From Klebsormidium nitens (lineage: Eukaryota > Plantae > Klebsormidiophyceae), in contig DF237083.1 in assembly GCA_000708835.1 (NCBI GenBank), forward strand, positions 113,040-177,039: a stretch of 64,000 bases of DNA. Reading direction: 5' to 3'. The translations under genes and the position numbers were made by a program. The notes beneath the pieces are model-generated. The model saw nothing but the letters and a program-made list of their open reading frames with translations, made no database searches and had not been told where the DNA came from. Of the stretch, positions 24,421 through 38,100 are shown in pieces. The first letter of the stretch is position 1. Each line of letters starts with the position of its first letter.

Positions 24421-24905
24421 TGTAAGAACGCACTTAAACACAGAATGCTGCAGGACTGTACATAGGTCAGTTGCTAGCTTTTCTTTGATTCTTGCCACCA
24501 ACTGGAAGAATCTCGTAGAAGCTGGTCAGGAATGATCTTCAAAAGCATATCCCAACTCCAAGAGGTTCGCTCAGAAAAGAACCAGCTTTTGGAATTACAA
24601 GGGGTTCGCAATTGCGGCAAAACCAAAACGAAAACCAGGACATCTCAGCTCCTCTGTTGCCTCCCTTTTCTCCAGCTGGTTTGGGCCCATTGCAACAAAG
24701 CGGATAGTCCATGGAACTGCATGGGCGGCTGTGGCTTAATTGCACCACCTCGCTGGAAGGTCAACATGTCACAAGCAGCTTCTGATTGGCTGGCTTGTAA
24801 ACCTTACAGAACGTTCTCAGATTGCTTCTCTGCGATTAGGTGAAAGTCTTTTAAGTTGTGCTTCTAGCTGATGTGGCAGACACGGCAGCAAACTTCGGCT
24901 TCGCC

Positions 24906-24949
24906 TAGGGTTTTGTCGTACCTGACGCAATTGCGGCTCTTTAGGGTTT
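24906..24949. promoter_or_regulatory. Two telo-boxes (TAGGGTTT = AAACCCTA) in the ERO1/ZMAT5 divergent promoter
   Basis: tagggttt at 24906-24913 and 24942-24949, between two head-to-head start codons (24420 and 25229). The telo-box is an established plant promoter element. Confidence 0.55.
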
Positions 24950-25228
24950 TGGCCTTGCTTTGCCCCTTCCCTTTTCAGCTTGAACGTACGGGCTTCGTGG
25001 GCCCCAGCAGAGCCTGACAGTAAGTGAGGGCCGAGGCCCAGGGAGATTTAAGCTGGAGGAATTGGAATTTGGCGCAATTTGGCGCCTTTGGGGAGCGAGA
25101 AATACTAGATCCCTACCACTGTTGACAAATCCACCCTCGGCAGCCACCACAATTGTGGTGCACCACTCGTGCACCACCCACCTTTTGAAGGAACACTGCA
25201 ATTTGGAAGTGGATTCAAGCAGACGAGC

Positions 25229-26716
25229 ATGCCCGTTCCGAAATATCATTGTGATTATTGTGATGTGACCTTCAGAGATTCTCGAGAGCAGAGGAAGCGG
25301 CACCAGGTACGAGAGTGCATCCCAAAAGGAAGGCTGCTGATCTTGGCTAAGTCTATCAGAATGCATTTCAAAACATCACGCCGTACTTCCGGATCCCTGT
25401 TGATTTTTTAAATGTTTCCTTGATGTTCGTCTGTAGGTGGATTGCGTGGTCCACGTTCAAGGCGGGCAGGCCTAATTGTGACAATGTGGGATTGCAGGAG
25501 GGATTCAATCATAGACGGAACAAGAAGGCATGGTTTGACAACATTGAAGGTTTGTTGAAACTTGAAAAGCGGACTCAAGCTGTCTTCAGCACGTTGCTTT
25601 TATCTGCTGATGTAAATGCAGGAAAACTATCTACATATTGCAAGCAGCCAAAGTAAGAAGATGAACCCATTCCTGATCTGTGGCTCTTACCCCCAGAACC
25701 AAGCTGACGTACGGTCAAAAAGTTTGATCAGTTTATGACCTTGCTGAGTATGATTCTGAGCTGCCATATGCAACCCAACAGTAAACAACTTTTCACCCAC
25801 AAGCAATCTCATCACATACCTAGACTAATTAAGCCCTTGAGCAGTCTGAAGCTGGGGGTCGTAGTTCAAATTGCAAGCTTCCCATGGTGGTCAAAGAACC
25901 TGGACCATTTTAAACTCAGCAGGTTCACAAATTGTCTGCAGGTGGTGTGGAAACACGAGAAGTTTGCAGGAACTTTGTTAGACAGGTACGCATTTCTGAA
26001 TGAGTGTTATAAGGAAAGTATGCTGTGTTCTTATCCTCCTCTGCCCTTCCTACTCCTCAGCGAACTAGGTTCATGATACATCTGTCAGTCTGGGACTCTG
26101 GGTGTACAAGTCGACCGAAGTTTGCGAGCAAATATGAACAAGAGGCTGGGCAGGTACCTTGGTGCAGACTTGTTTATCAGATGTAGTCCATACTCTTTGG
26201 ATGTGTATCACTCCCCTTTGGTTGTATGAAGCAAAGAAACCGCTTGTTTTGTCTGTTTCCTTAACAATCCGTGGACCTCACAAGCCCATTTCCAATTCTC
26301 GGGCAGGGCTTTTGCACATACGGGGACCGTTGCAAGTATCACCATCCTGCTCAACAACCGCAGGAAGTGCAGCTGGTTCAAGGTAAGACTTCACTGCTCG
26401 CTCTTCGTAAGGTCTGGAACACGGGCTCGTTTGACTTGTTTCGGCAATTCGAGATAAGGGAAGCGCTCTCGATTGTCTATGAACAAGCAAACTGCTTCCC
26501 AGCACCTCTTGAGATGAAGCTGGTTCCGTGCATAGAGCTGGTCCTGACCGTTACTCTGGCCTTTCTGGAACTGACTAAACTGATGCCTTGCTTGCAGCGG
26601 CGCCGATTGATGCCACGAACGTATGGCACGGGTCTCAATCGGATCTCCCACCCTCGCTGCAACCTCCCCCACCAGGTGGGTGGCCAGCTTCAGCGTTCAC
26701 GGCAGACTGGGGGTGA
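25229..26716 (+). CDS. ZMAT5: U11/U12 snRNP 20K-type matrin + CCCH zinc-finger protein, 5 exons
   Basis: Exons 25229-25306, 25498-25549, 25942-25985, 26307-26382, 26598-26716. Motifs KYHCDYCDVTFRD..RKRH..GFNH..NKKAWFD, VCRNFVRQGFCTYGDRCKYHH, and plant-type end LPPSLQPPPPGGWP...DWG*. Confidence 0.88.
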
Positions 26717-28418
26717 TTATCTTTTACAGATTCAGGCGACCAATCGGGAAGCAACGGCACGAACATTTTTGTCGTGTACCACCCTCTTGGAAGTCTCAGA
26801 GCTCAAAGTCGTACATGCACGTGTCCTTGTTGCGGCCGCGCGTCTACCACAGTGGACCTGTGCATACGACTCATTGTGGCGCCAAACAAATTTCTGATGA
26901 TACTCTTGTGCCCCAAGCTCTCCATCATCGGCATAGAAGGCAAGCATCTGTGCAGATTAATCAGCTGCACCATGTCGGATTGCCAAAGTACCGTCCGCCG
27001 GTTCACGTGATTGAAGGATGTCTTCAGGTCAGACTAATGCCGCCATTATTGCACATATGGCGATCATAGGCATGGATAATGCCGGGCTCCGGCGCGCACC
27101 TGCATGTGCGGTTGCATATATATGGCCACTCTACTTGGATCATTTTGATAGGAAAGTGGACGTCAATTAAATAAGACGCTTCAGGTGCAACTAAAAAGAG
27201 GCTATATGGCCGCGCTGCAATATAAGCGACATACGGACCATTGGTTGCCAGGCCATCATGCAGTGCATGACACATGGCCATGCATATGCAGATCTGAGAT
27301 TATTCATGAATACATGGACAACTAACGCAAGCGCGCGGCTCGCCTAGGCCCATGCCAGCATGATGGTGACTGAGTCACCATACACGCGTGCATGCATTGC
27401 CATGATCATTCGATGAACGTGCCATGATCACTGGATGCATATGATCGGAAATTACTCCTATGCTGAGTCTGCCGACACAAGTTCCGATACAAAGCAGCTA
27501 TGCAAAGATGACGTGACATTGAATACGAATGGCAGAGTCGGAAGCATTCCCACCACTTGCGGTCCCCAAGATAGCAAGAATGATTCTGTCTGAAGAACAA
27601 GTCAGACGCTTGTTCCGTCTTCCATGCTTCAATACGAAATAGCTCTCAGATGAAGGGCATGGTGATTATCATATACCATGAGAATCATGAATAATCCACA
27701 TGCCAAGAAGCAGAAATGGACGCTAATATGTTACCTCAAAGCGGCATCCAATTCAATGAAAGGTCCTGCTAACTGACTACGTACACTGTAGTTAGTTTTG
27801 AGTCCTTTCCTTCTGCTATTTGTTTAACTTGCAAACCTAAGCTCTACTTTGGCTAAGTCCCGAGAAACGTGTTCTGTGACTCCCACAAGCTTTGCCCAGC
27901 AGAGCTACCGCAGACAGAGGTTTGCTTAAGATTAGGCATGTGACACGCAGAATGGGTTGCAACAGCAGCTGCAAAGCCTTCGTCTCACTGCAAGGTTAAA
28001 ACCAACGAAACCACTGCACAACCTAGCACGTCATTTCTTCTGAGCCGAGCTGAGGATCTTTTTCATACCTGAAGAGAGGAGCAGAACAAGAATGATGCAT
28101 ATGCAGCTGATTAAGCTCGCACATTTTGATAACCAAGCATGTTGGAACTAGAGTTGCTCGAGCAAAGCAAACAAGTTTGACCTATCCCTAAAGACAGATC
28201 AGATGACCCCGGTCATAGTCCGCACCTACTTCAAGGCTTAGCTGCGTCTGCGTCGCGTTTCACCAACAACATTCTCTCCTTCCGTTCGAGCGAGGTTATT
28301 TTGCGCCAGTCACTCATTATTCTTGTAAATTGCGTGAACACCGCTGCCTACTACTAGCTCTTCTATCTATGCTAACCTTCCTCCAGAAAGGAGGTGCTTC
28401 CGATTATCGCCATCTATC

Positions 28419-31400
28419 TCAAGTCCAGGACTCGTCAACCTTGCTCTTGTTGAGCTGGAAGGCTGGGGTAATCCAGGCTCCACAACTGCACTGTGTTCCT
28501 GAAAGAAGAGCGAGGGAGCCTTATTACGGGCTCAGAATGGTGTCCAATAGGAAAACGCTGGATCTGAGTACACCAGCATAGGTCAAAGTGAGCCGACTTG
28601 CTTCAAGCATTTGACAACATCATTTGCAGCACTAAAAGTTCGACAAATCAGGGGCAAACAAGACGGACCAAACCATGTAGACCAGAACTAAGAAAATTCC
28701 TATCTGTTCGTCCGAAACTGCCCGTTGATCAGATTGACCACCCGCCTACTTAAACGATCCCAACGACATTTTGCTCCACTCCAAGCAGATCAAAGAAATC
28801 AGCAACTGCACCAAACTGCCTTGATGCAAGAGCGGTTCTTGAAGGCAAGGCGTACGTTATGATGGCCGACTCACCTGACCAGTTGAACGACCCCAGCCGC
28901 GACTGGCACTTCGAACAGAGAATCTTGCCCTCCAGTTCCCCCTCATGCACTGCAGCAAAACCGGCTCTTATTGTTAGCGACTCTGTGACTGCCACATGAG
29001 CTTGAAGCATCGACACTAGAGCGCCAATACCAGCCGCTCCTAAACCATGATCCGGAAATCTGACGGCTAGTAGTCACTGGGGAGTCACACAATCTTGCCG
29101 TAAAAGCTCAAATGTCCAGTTGGCTAGTACGCAATTTGCATGAAGGACTACGACTTCATCAACGTACGATTGATGTGTGACTCTGATTCTTACAACTGAT
29201 AAAATCTCGTAAATGGGAGACTTTCCGGCAAGTTTGGATTGTTGACCCTAAGGTGCTACAGCCTTCTATGATCAACGCGCATTTCCCTGACTAGAAAAAC
29301 GGAAGATTGCGTATTCTCCTCAAGCACAGCGATTCTCACCTATCTTGACAATCGTCCCTTAAAATCAAAGGGTCCCACTTTGACTGGAAACTAGATTTGT
29401 GTATCATGGGGTCAGATCGAAGGAGGATAATCCTCCAGAAACTTTACTGGAAGTTTGCATTTTCCAGCTTACCGCTCTTTGAAAGAGGAAAGAAGAAGGA
29501 CCATAGCAATCACTTCATACACAAGACCGTCCAGATTAAGTACCGTCTCTCTAGCTGCTTGAAACACCTTTTTGCGGCGCACTCACCGCTGTTCATCCAC
29601 TGCATTGGTTCTACAAAGTACGAGGAGCACTCATCGTCGATGGCCCCGCTGTCCAAACTCTGCACCACAAGAGAGCGAAACAACACGTCATGAAAACGCT
29701 TTCCCAGGCTCCAAAAGCATGTCAGGAAGAAAACGTCATCAGGCTCAAGAACACGTCACGCAGCTGGTCAGTCCCACCCACCTAACGTGCCAACGAATGA
29801 GATCCTCTAATCCAATGATTTGCTGTACACGTGGTGCGCTCTGAATGGACACGTGGCGCTCGGGCAGCTTGAAAGACAACCGACGGCTGAACTAAGGCGC
29901 AGCAAAAATCTAAGATGGGCCCGTTGCGCTTTCGATCCGACGAAAAGCACACGATTCGCCGGCTTCGCATCTACGTTGAATGGCACAATTGGCCATCGCC
30001 CGCTAGGGCATTTACGTACTTGCACGCTATCAGCGTGCTTCACCAAACCCGTTAATAAAGACTGCTCCGAGCGGCAAAAGAAGATCACAACAGGACGATA
30101 AGCTTCGACGGCCTCACCTTCGATCGTTTCTTCCAGTCGAACGCCGACTGCCCCCCCCCTTTATCGTGCGGCAGCACGTTCTCCACCCCCGCTACAGCTC
30201 GTCGGCACTTTCTAGAAGACGACAGAGCACAGCTCGCATTAGAGTTGATTCATACAGGGTTCCGTCCCCACCGTCAACGCAAGAACGCCAGGAGCTTCGG
30301 ATGCAGGACACAGGAGCTGTAAAGCTTAGATGACAGATAAGAAACCCTACAATCGGATGCCAACATCTGCGACCGCGACCAAACACCTCTGACTCTCGAG
30401 TCTCTGGAAAGTTCATGGGCTCTGGAACAGATGAAAGGACGATCTCGAAACCCCTCCTCACGTGCAGCTCTTGTACCACGTTTGAAATCTACCATATGAA
30501 AATCCATGCGGTCGGCCCATGATTCAAAGACCTGACAGCCAACTTGTTTTCGCATAAAAAGTCCCCCTCTCACCTGCAGCGGTAGCAGACGACCTTCTTG
30601 TCCCCGGGCAATCCCCCCAGCTGGTCCTCCCCCTCTTCCAACAGGTTGTTGGCGCTGCTTCTGCAGTGCAACAGCGACACGTCATCAGCGCTTGTTAATG
30701 GCATTCTCTTCAAACCAGTTTAGGTTCCTTCCTTCGGGCTAGTGTTGGGACAGAGAGAAGCAACTCGTTAATCTAGGTGAATATAGGTGCACCAGTGAAG
30801 CGCCTAGACTGAAGGGACTGTTCGCGAATCGAGGGGAGTGCATCTGTGGTGGTATCCAACTCATTTGTGCCCTGTGATTCGAATTAAGAGTTGGACCGGA
30901 TTCAGCGTTTCCGTTTCATAGGACGATACAGAGTCAGATCGGATCAAACGAACCCGTCCAAAAAGCGCAGCCAAAACGCTCTAGGTTGTTTGCCAGACGG
31001 GGACTCTGTGAAAGGATCACCGCCGGGATAGGGAGGCAAGGCCAGTCTCGGCTGTTGCATGAAAGAGGTTACTCATCACCGTGAAGGTCACTGCAAAGAA
31101 AGGAGGCGAGCTGACGCTATCTCACCTACGCGACCCGATGTTGGGATCATCCGCAAACTTAGGCGAGACGGGCTCGCCCCCGCGCCACGCACGCCCGAGG
31201 CTCGTGAGGCGGAACATCTTGTACGCTGTGTTGCGCTCGTCGATGCGGTTGCCCATGCTCTCAAAGATGGACAGCTGCGCGTGAGACAAATTTCTTTAGA
31301 ACGTCGGTTTGCTTGTTTCTTTGTTCATACGTTTGTTCTCGCCATTGAAAGAGTACTTTGTCCGTCCGTTACAAATTGATTCCCTTGTCCTCGGCTGGTG

Positions 31401-33224
31401 CATACCATCCGCTAACCCTAAGCAAACCAGACATATCTCATATGACCTAGAAAAGCATACTTCATAACCGTACATCAGACATCAGCTGAGCTTCCGATAC
31501 TGTCATCTCACATAATGAAGGTCTATCTGAAGTTTACGTACGATCAACACGCGGCACAATGAAAGCACAGATTGTCAATGAAAGTCTTCCAATTCAGATC
31601 GCGCCCTGAGTGGGACAGACCAAAGTCGTACCTGCTCTAGAAAGCCGTCATTCGGGCAGGCGCTCGGGGAAGCTTGCCGGAGAGAAGCCAATGCGTCCTT
31701 GGCGGAAAGGCCCTCCTTGTACATCAGATACGCCGTCACGACAGACCCACTGCATAACAAGAGCGGCCAGAAACGTAACTGAAGTGCAACGCAAGTATTG
31801 TACCTACAGATTGTTGGGAACAGATCCAAGTACACGACTTAGGAGGCAATCGAACAGATTCACCCTCTCGGAAAGAACTCCATTGCTTGAATTTGACAAA
31901 TCGCTCTTTCGTGAAGGCAAAATGAAAGCCGCAACCGAAACCAAAACCGAAGGCCCAGCAGCGGCAGATGGATCTTCTAAGGACTGACGAGGAGAGCAGC
32001 CCATTCCTATAAAGCTTGCTCAGTATGCTTCGGAAGGCAACATTTAGAAGAGTCGGTGCATCGTTCGAATCTACCAGCTGATCTCCTCCTCAGTTTCGCG
32101 TCAGCCGAGAAGGATAAGAGCCTATCTGCTACAGAACCAATCAGACCGTTTCATTCAATCAAGTAAGATAGCTAACATAGACCTGAGTCCCATGCATCCA
32201 GAGGAACGTGTAGCTGCGAGTATCTAGATGCGAGATCCGAGGCTGAGATTGATGCCCAACCTTACCTTCGAGAGATGCCTGCAACACAGTGAACCAAAAC
32301 CCCCCCTTTGGCGCGGCCCTCCTCAATGAAGTCGATGCACTCCGGCAGGTGGTCGAGCAGGTTTTGATCCTCATCGTCCTTGACGCTCAGCTCCAGTCGT
32401 CTGAAAGGGGGCGCGGCGGGCGAGGATTGCCCGCTGCGGGGGGGTCCAAAGAGCGCAGCGAGGGCGCTTGACGCTGCGAATGGATTTGAATGAGTTGAGT
32501 ATCTGCTGTGGTTCAAGAGATTGTGTTGGTTTGTGCTCTGCTGTGGTTGAGGGAGTGTTGGGCTTCGTGGTCTTAGAGGGGCATGAAGTTGCAGATGAGA
32601 CGTTCGACATGCTCAATTCACCTCAGCAGAGTATCCTGAACGAGTGCTTGGACAACCGGGTTTTGAACGGTGTCCCTTCCGAAGAGGAATGTCTCCTCAG
32701 TTTCGGTGAACGTGCAGAAGAGGATCCGGCTAGGTCTGTAGAGGAGGGCCGGTCTTTGATTGCAACACAGTGCATGGGACATTAGCAGAATACGCCCGGC
32801 AGGACGAGCAACTGGAGTTACTAATTGAGCGTGAGCGAGGAGTCCATGCAACAACTTCGCACAAACGTGCATGGATCCAAGTTTTGGAATCTCAAGTTCG
32901 CTAGCCCAAGAGAAGCATTTCTCTCTCTTGTCTGATTTAAAACCCGAAGAGAAAAAGTTTCCATGACCAGCCAAGCAACTGTTCCCGGCCAAGTGTTTTT
33001 GCCATGCAAAGTATGATCGCGGTTTGACATGTTTACTCAACCGTCAGTATCCAAGCCAAAAGCACCAGGGGGGAAAGCTTCTTCAACCAAGCACCAAGAG
33101 GCTCACCTCGACTAAGAGTAGGTGCCAGGCATAGTATGTGCGTAATGGACACCTTGCGAAGTGTCTCTTCATCTGCCGCATCCGCAGCATTGCCGATGTA
33201 CAGCCCCGGCCGCACCAGCTTCAT
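28419..33224 (-). CDS. DUSP12: Dual-specificity phosphatase DUSP12/YVH1 type with C-terminal zinc-binding domain
   Basis: Exons 33224-33107, 32473-32266, 31749-31632, 31274-31126, 30660-30574, 30211-30118, 29659-29587, 28949-28875, 28498-28419. Motifs GLYIGN, VLVHCVAGISRS, CPNDGFLEQL, YRCRKCRR, CSSYFVEPMQW, CSKCQSRLGSFNWSG, CSCGAWITPAF. Confidence 0.93.
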
Positions 33225-35195
33225 TGCATACGGCGGTGATCCTGAATACCAGAAAGGACAGGTCACGCTGGGTCAGGCGTCGACAACAACTTTGAAACCT
33301 TCAGAGTCCGGTTGCGAGTTCTTTGGAGGCCAGATTCTCACCGTGCAAGATTCCGGAATCAGCAATCAGCAAGGGCGCCAGATTGGAGCTCAGATAGAAG
33401 AAGCCACTGGCGTGGGGGCCAGAATAAGAAAAGGCATGCCCGCTATGAGGAGCGCAAGGGGCCTATGCAAAGAAGAGAAAGCTAGAGAAAGAAGCCCTGA
33501 CGGGTTCTTTTGAGAATGATCGTTCTCTCGTAATATCATTGGGGTACACACACACGCGTTGCTTGGATTCAGTACCCACAGTTTGCATGCTCTCGCCGCG
33601 CTTTCTTTTAACCATCACATGCTGAATCCAGCAACCACCACAAGAGGTCTAGATTGGGCCAGTGATCCAAACTCTCATGAGGGAAGTGAGGGAACACCCC
33701 ACACGTCGAAAGAAAGCACCCTTCCAGAAGAAGCACCACAGCGTAAATTAAGATCCCTGAAAGGAAACCTCAATCAATAGAGCCGATGGTGTGATTGCCA
33801 AGTGAAAGCAAGGCAGCCGACTTCATTTCAAAGCATGACTGCAAGTTGCGCAAATCCTGATAGAGACCCTTCTAAAAGGACACTCCTTGCCCAAGAGTAA
33901 ACGGCTGTGGCTCGACTAAACTCCCAATATTTGTCATAGGGGCAGGACTATTAGTAAGACTGGCCCTATACATGCTTGGGAACAGAGTTGGACACGGAGG
34001 TATGCCTCCATGGCATCCCACTGTATGAAGACCAGCCGGCCAAGCAGCTTCCACTTCAAGAATCGCTATCCTTCCAAGGAAACCATCTTGTTGACACCGG
34101 CAAAGGACTTCCTGTTCAAAGTCTGAGCCAAGACCATTGTCGAGGGACACGAATCAAAGCTGAGAAAGCGGCCCCTGAGTGCCACCACAAGCGATTCCAT
34201 CTGCAATTGGTCATTGGGGACGCCCCTCAGCCCAAAGGAATGCAATGTTGACATAACTCACCTCAGAACCGATCGATTGGTGTGCTTTCAAGCACTACGA
34301 GACGAAACCCTTTGCTTTGTAAGCAACGAGCCTCTGCTGTTAGTGTAAGCACAGCGAAGCTCTATGCTTCTTAGTTCCTTCCAAAGTCCTCAGATGAGGC
34401 ACAGCATACACTTCCTTAGAGGGACACGCAATCGGCTATTCGTGCCTCCTCAGTGCCCTCAATTGCAACCATGACAACGACGGACACCAAGAGGGACCGT
34501 TCTCTGCCCAGAAAAGGAACCGCCTCCTTCCGCCCTTCGTTGCATGCTTCGACTTCAAGTTCAAATTGTGAACTGACGACCAAGCTTGGCCTCGTCCATC
34601 TGGCATCTTGTTCAAGTCGACGCCGTCGCAAGTCGACGTCTGCCCTTTCCGCCCCGAAAAAAGATGGAGTTGCGCGCCCTCAATCGCAAATGTGGCGTTG
34701 CCCAGCTTCTGACCTTCTTTTATTAGCTGGTGTCATAAAGAGGGAGTATATTTTGGGGCAATCATCTTGACACTGCATCTGAGCCCAATGGTCATGTAAG
34801 TACTCATGGGAGCGGATTTGAGCCTCGCAAAAAATGGCAATGCCAAACTCCCCTGGCTCGCCCAGGCTCTCCAGGCTCCTGTTGTCGCAAAGCTGCTGAC
34901 AAACGTGTCTCAGTCTGGAGGTGAATGATAGCAAGGGAAGAGCGCCATGATCTTCTGAACACAGGGCTCATAATTCATGCTTTGGTTGCTCAGCCTTCCA
35001 TACAAGCCTTTTGTACATGAAAATGTGAGGGGAGGAATCCGAGAGGAGCTCTGCGCATGGCAATGCACAAAATTGAGCGCTAAAGTGGTAACAGCATGTT
35101 GCCAAATGCGCTAGCTATTTCAGATTAGCATCTCCCTTACTGCTGATACCATCCGTAAGTTCGATTTGTGGCGAAGGATTATTTTGAATTGAAGC

Positions 35196-38100
35196 ATGGC
35201 GGGGGCGGAGGCGCACACAGGCCCCAGCACACCGGGCCTGCACGTCCGCAGGGAGCCGTTTGAATTTGGCCTGCTGCCCCTCTCGTCCCTGTACCACAAG
35301 TTTGCCGATGGTGTGCCGGCCTTCCTGAAGCTGCGCGCGCGGCTGCAGGAAAAGGCGGGGACCTCAGCTAGAGTGGACGCTTCTGCGATTGCAGAAACGC
35401 TGAGCATCTCCCACACGCATGCACACCTACTGCTCGACACGCTTGCCTGTGTCCTGCCAGAGGATGGCCCAGATGCCGACCCCTTGGCTACGGCTGCGGT
35501 GGGGGAGGTAGACGCAGTGGGGGCGGACGTGGACGTCTTGATTTTGTTCCTATTCGTCCAGCTCTACAGGAGGCTGCCGTTCAGGCCGCACAGGGACCCT
35601 GCATCGGTCGCCGATGTCTGGCCGCAACCGAGCCCTTTTGACAATCTGGCCTCCTCACCTTCATCGCCCTTGCAGGTAAGTCTGCTTCTTATTGCTCCTT
35701 TGCAAAACTTGAAGTGAACCGCGAATGTGCGCCTCTTCACTGAGGGAGCTGGGAAAATGTACTAGAACCGGTGTGTTGCTGGTTCAAAGTCCCAATTCTC
35801 CAATCAATTGTGCTCTTGGCAACTGAGCTTCAGCTTCGATAGAATGGACAGAGGGCGTCGATTGTCACACACAGCCTGTTGAGTTGTGACAAGGTCAGCA
35901 GCTACTTAGGGTTCCAAGTCGATCTTGACCCTCCAAGCTCTCCAAAGTTCCCGTGGCGTTACCAGACGCCAATTGAAAGCTGAGAGAACATTTGTGAGCG
36001 TCTCTCGTCGTCCGTGGAACGATCGACAGATGGTGGATTGGAGCTACGATTTCTTGCATTTACACTGGTGTTCACCAAAGTGGGCCTTTAATTCGGAGTT
36101 CAGAGAGTGTCTGAAACATGCACTTAGTAGAGCATAAGTTGGACGTCTGAGTGCTTGCGTTCTCCGCCGGTGCAGAACAAAGCGGGGCTGCGGCATAAGT
36201 CGTCCTGGGGGGGCGCAGAGGAGGAGCAGCACCAGCTGCAGTTTGTTCAGAAGCACCTGCCGGGGATGCTGGAGACGCTCGCGGTCGACAGCGAGGAGGG
36301 GAAAGTACGTGCCCCTCTAACTCCCCTTATCTTGTTCCATAAGTAAGTCTTCACGGTGGCAAAGCGCTCAACATTTTAAAAGTTGTGATAGGTTAGGATG
36401 AAGCAGCAAACTGAGCTAACACTTAGCCACAGTTTTGGAAGAATGTGCTTCTGGTGAAATCAGGCGCCACAACACGTAATCTGTGGTAGTGTTCTTGTTT
36501 GCTAACCGGCCTGTCATCCAAGCTTCTCCACTTATTGAGGTTGAGAGAGTAGCGTACACGCCTGTTCCTTTGAATGATCACGGGGGCACTTTGCTGAGGT
36601 TTGCGGTTGGGCACAAGGATTCACTGATCAGAAAAGAGGTTAAACCTGGGAAGATGCAGTAGTGCCCATTCTGAGAGTTCTTGAGGTGTCAAGCTTATGC
36701 GGGTTCTTGAGATGTCAAGCTGAAACAATTGACCCGCTCATCGAAGCATCGAAGGAGTCTTGTGATAGAGCTACGCTCTCTGATTACTTCATGTGATCGA
36801 AGAGTGTTAGTAGAGAAGTTGACTGTTCAGTAACCATGTGAATTGCATCTTGTATTATTGCAACTATTTGTGTGTCACTGCAATCGTTGTGAATTGCAGA
36901 GAGCAAGTTCATGCTTCTCCTTGCGCTCTGCTTCCATGCTTAAGAAACACAGGCCAATACTTGAGGTCATTGGAGTGTCGTCCTACCCCTCTGTGATGCA
37001 CCCACTTACATATGCGCGCCCCCTCTCTCTTGATCATCAACTTTTATTTTTCCTTTCCTTTTTGTTTTCCATTTGACCAACGAGACCACCTCTCCTCTCC
37101 AGGCAATTGGCCCCAGCCAGTTTGACAAGCTCGGCCTGTTGCTCCGCTCCGCTGACCTCAGCGCGGCCCCCCTCTGCCACTCCACCCCCTTCTTTGCAAA
37201 CTCCGACCCTGCCATGCCGGCCGCGCCCGTTCCTGCCTCCAAAGTCCTCCAATACCTCAAAGAGAGCATTCACACCGCCTCGCACAAGGAGGAGGCCGCA
37301 GGCACGAATGGGCCCCAGGGGGGCGATGTCGGGATGACGGACGCCCCGAGTAGTCCTAGTTCCAGCAGCGGAAGTAGCTCGTTCTCAAACGGGGGCCTGT
37401 GGCCCAGGGACTGGCAGCCCCAGGGCGTAACGAGCGTGGACGGAGTGACCAAGATGTCGGTGCTTAAGGGGGAGAGCAACATCGAGAATGGGGTCATTCG
37501 GGTGAGCTTAATGTTTGAGTTGTCTTCTGCGGGCCAAAGGCTTTCTAAGAAGGCAGCCAAGCTTTCAGAGATTCAGTTTGTGGGGCAACGATCGATCCAA
37601 AACATACTTTGGTCGAACTTGCACTGTACAGCCCGCAGGGGATGTTTTAGACGTGGAGTTGTCTCCACGGCCTAGGAAAGGACGGGAGAAACGACAAGTT
37701 TTGCTTCAGGCCGGCCAGCGTTCAAGCTGGCAATGTGCCTCTTGGATAAGATGCAGCCTAACTGAACCATTTGCAAACATCCTGGAAGCCTGATCCGAGT
37801 CATGCTGGAAACAGGCCAATATTCAGTGTCCGAATGAATGATAGAGCTCCTACATTTGACGTCGAACAGGTGAATTTGTTGGGGAGCGCAGATTCTTGTT
37901 ATTCAACACTTGAGATTGAGACTCGAAAGAACGAAAGCCGTGAAAAGGAAATGTCGTTCTCTAGGGGCATTTCATACAAAGCTTGTATCGCTAATCTGGG
38001 TGCCTCATCAATTGGTCCTTATCGTTCAGGCAATCGCCTTTTAAGTTTGTCATCAGTCAGAGCCCTTACAAACAAACAGAGATACAGAACGGAGCGTCTC

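Noticed and set aside
32622-32735. 114-nt AG/GT-bounded candidate extra DUSP12 exon
   Set aside because: It contains an in-frame TGA in the required phase.
33780-34934. Coding-like stretches between DUSP12 and TBCCD1 (possible decayed gene or transposon)
   Set aside because: Multiple stops, and no identifiable motif or terminal repeats.
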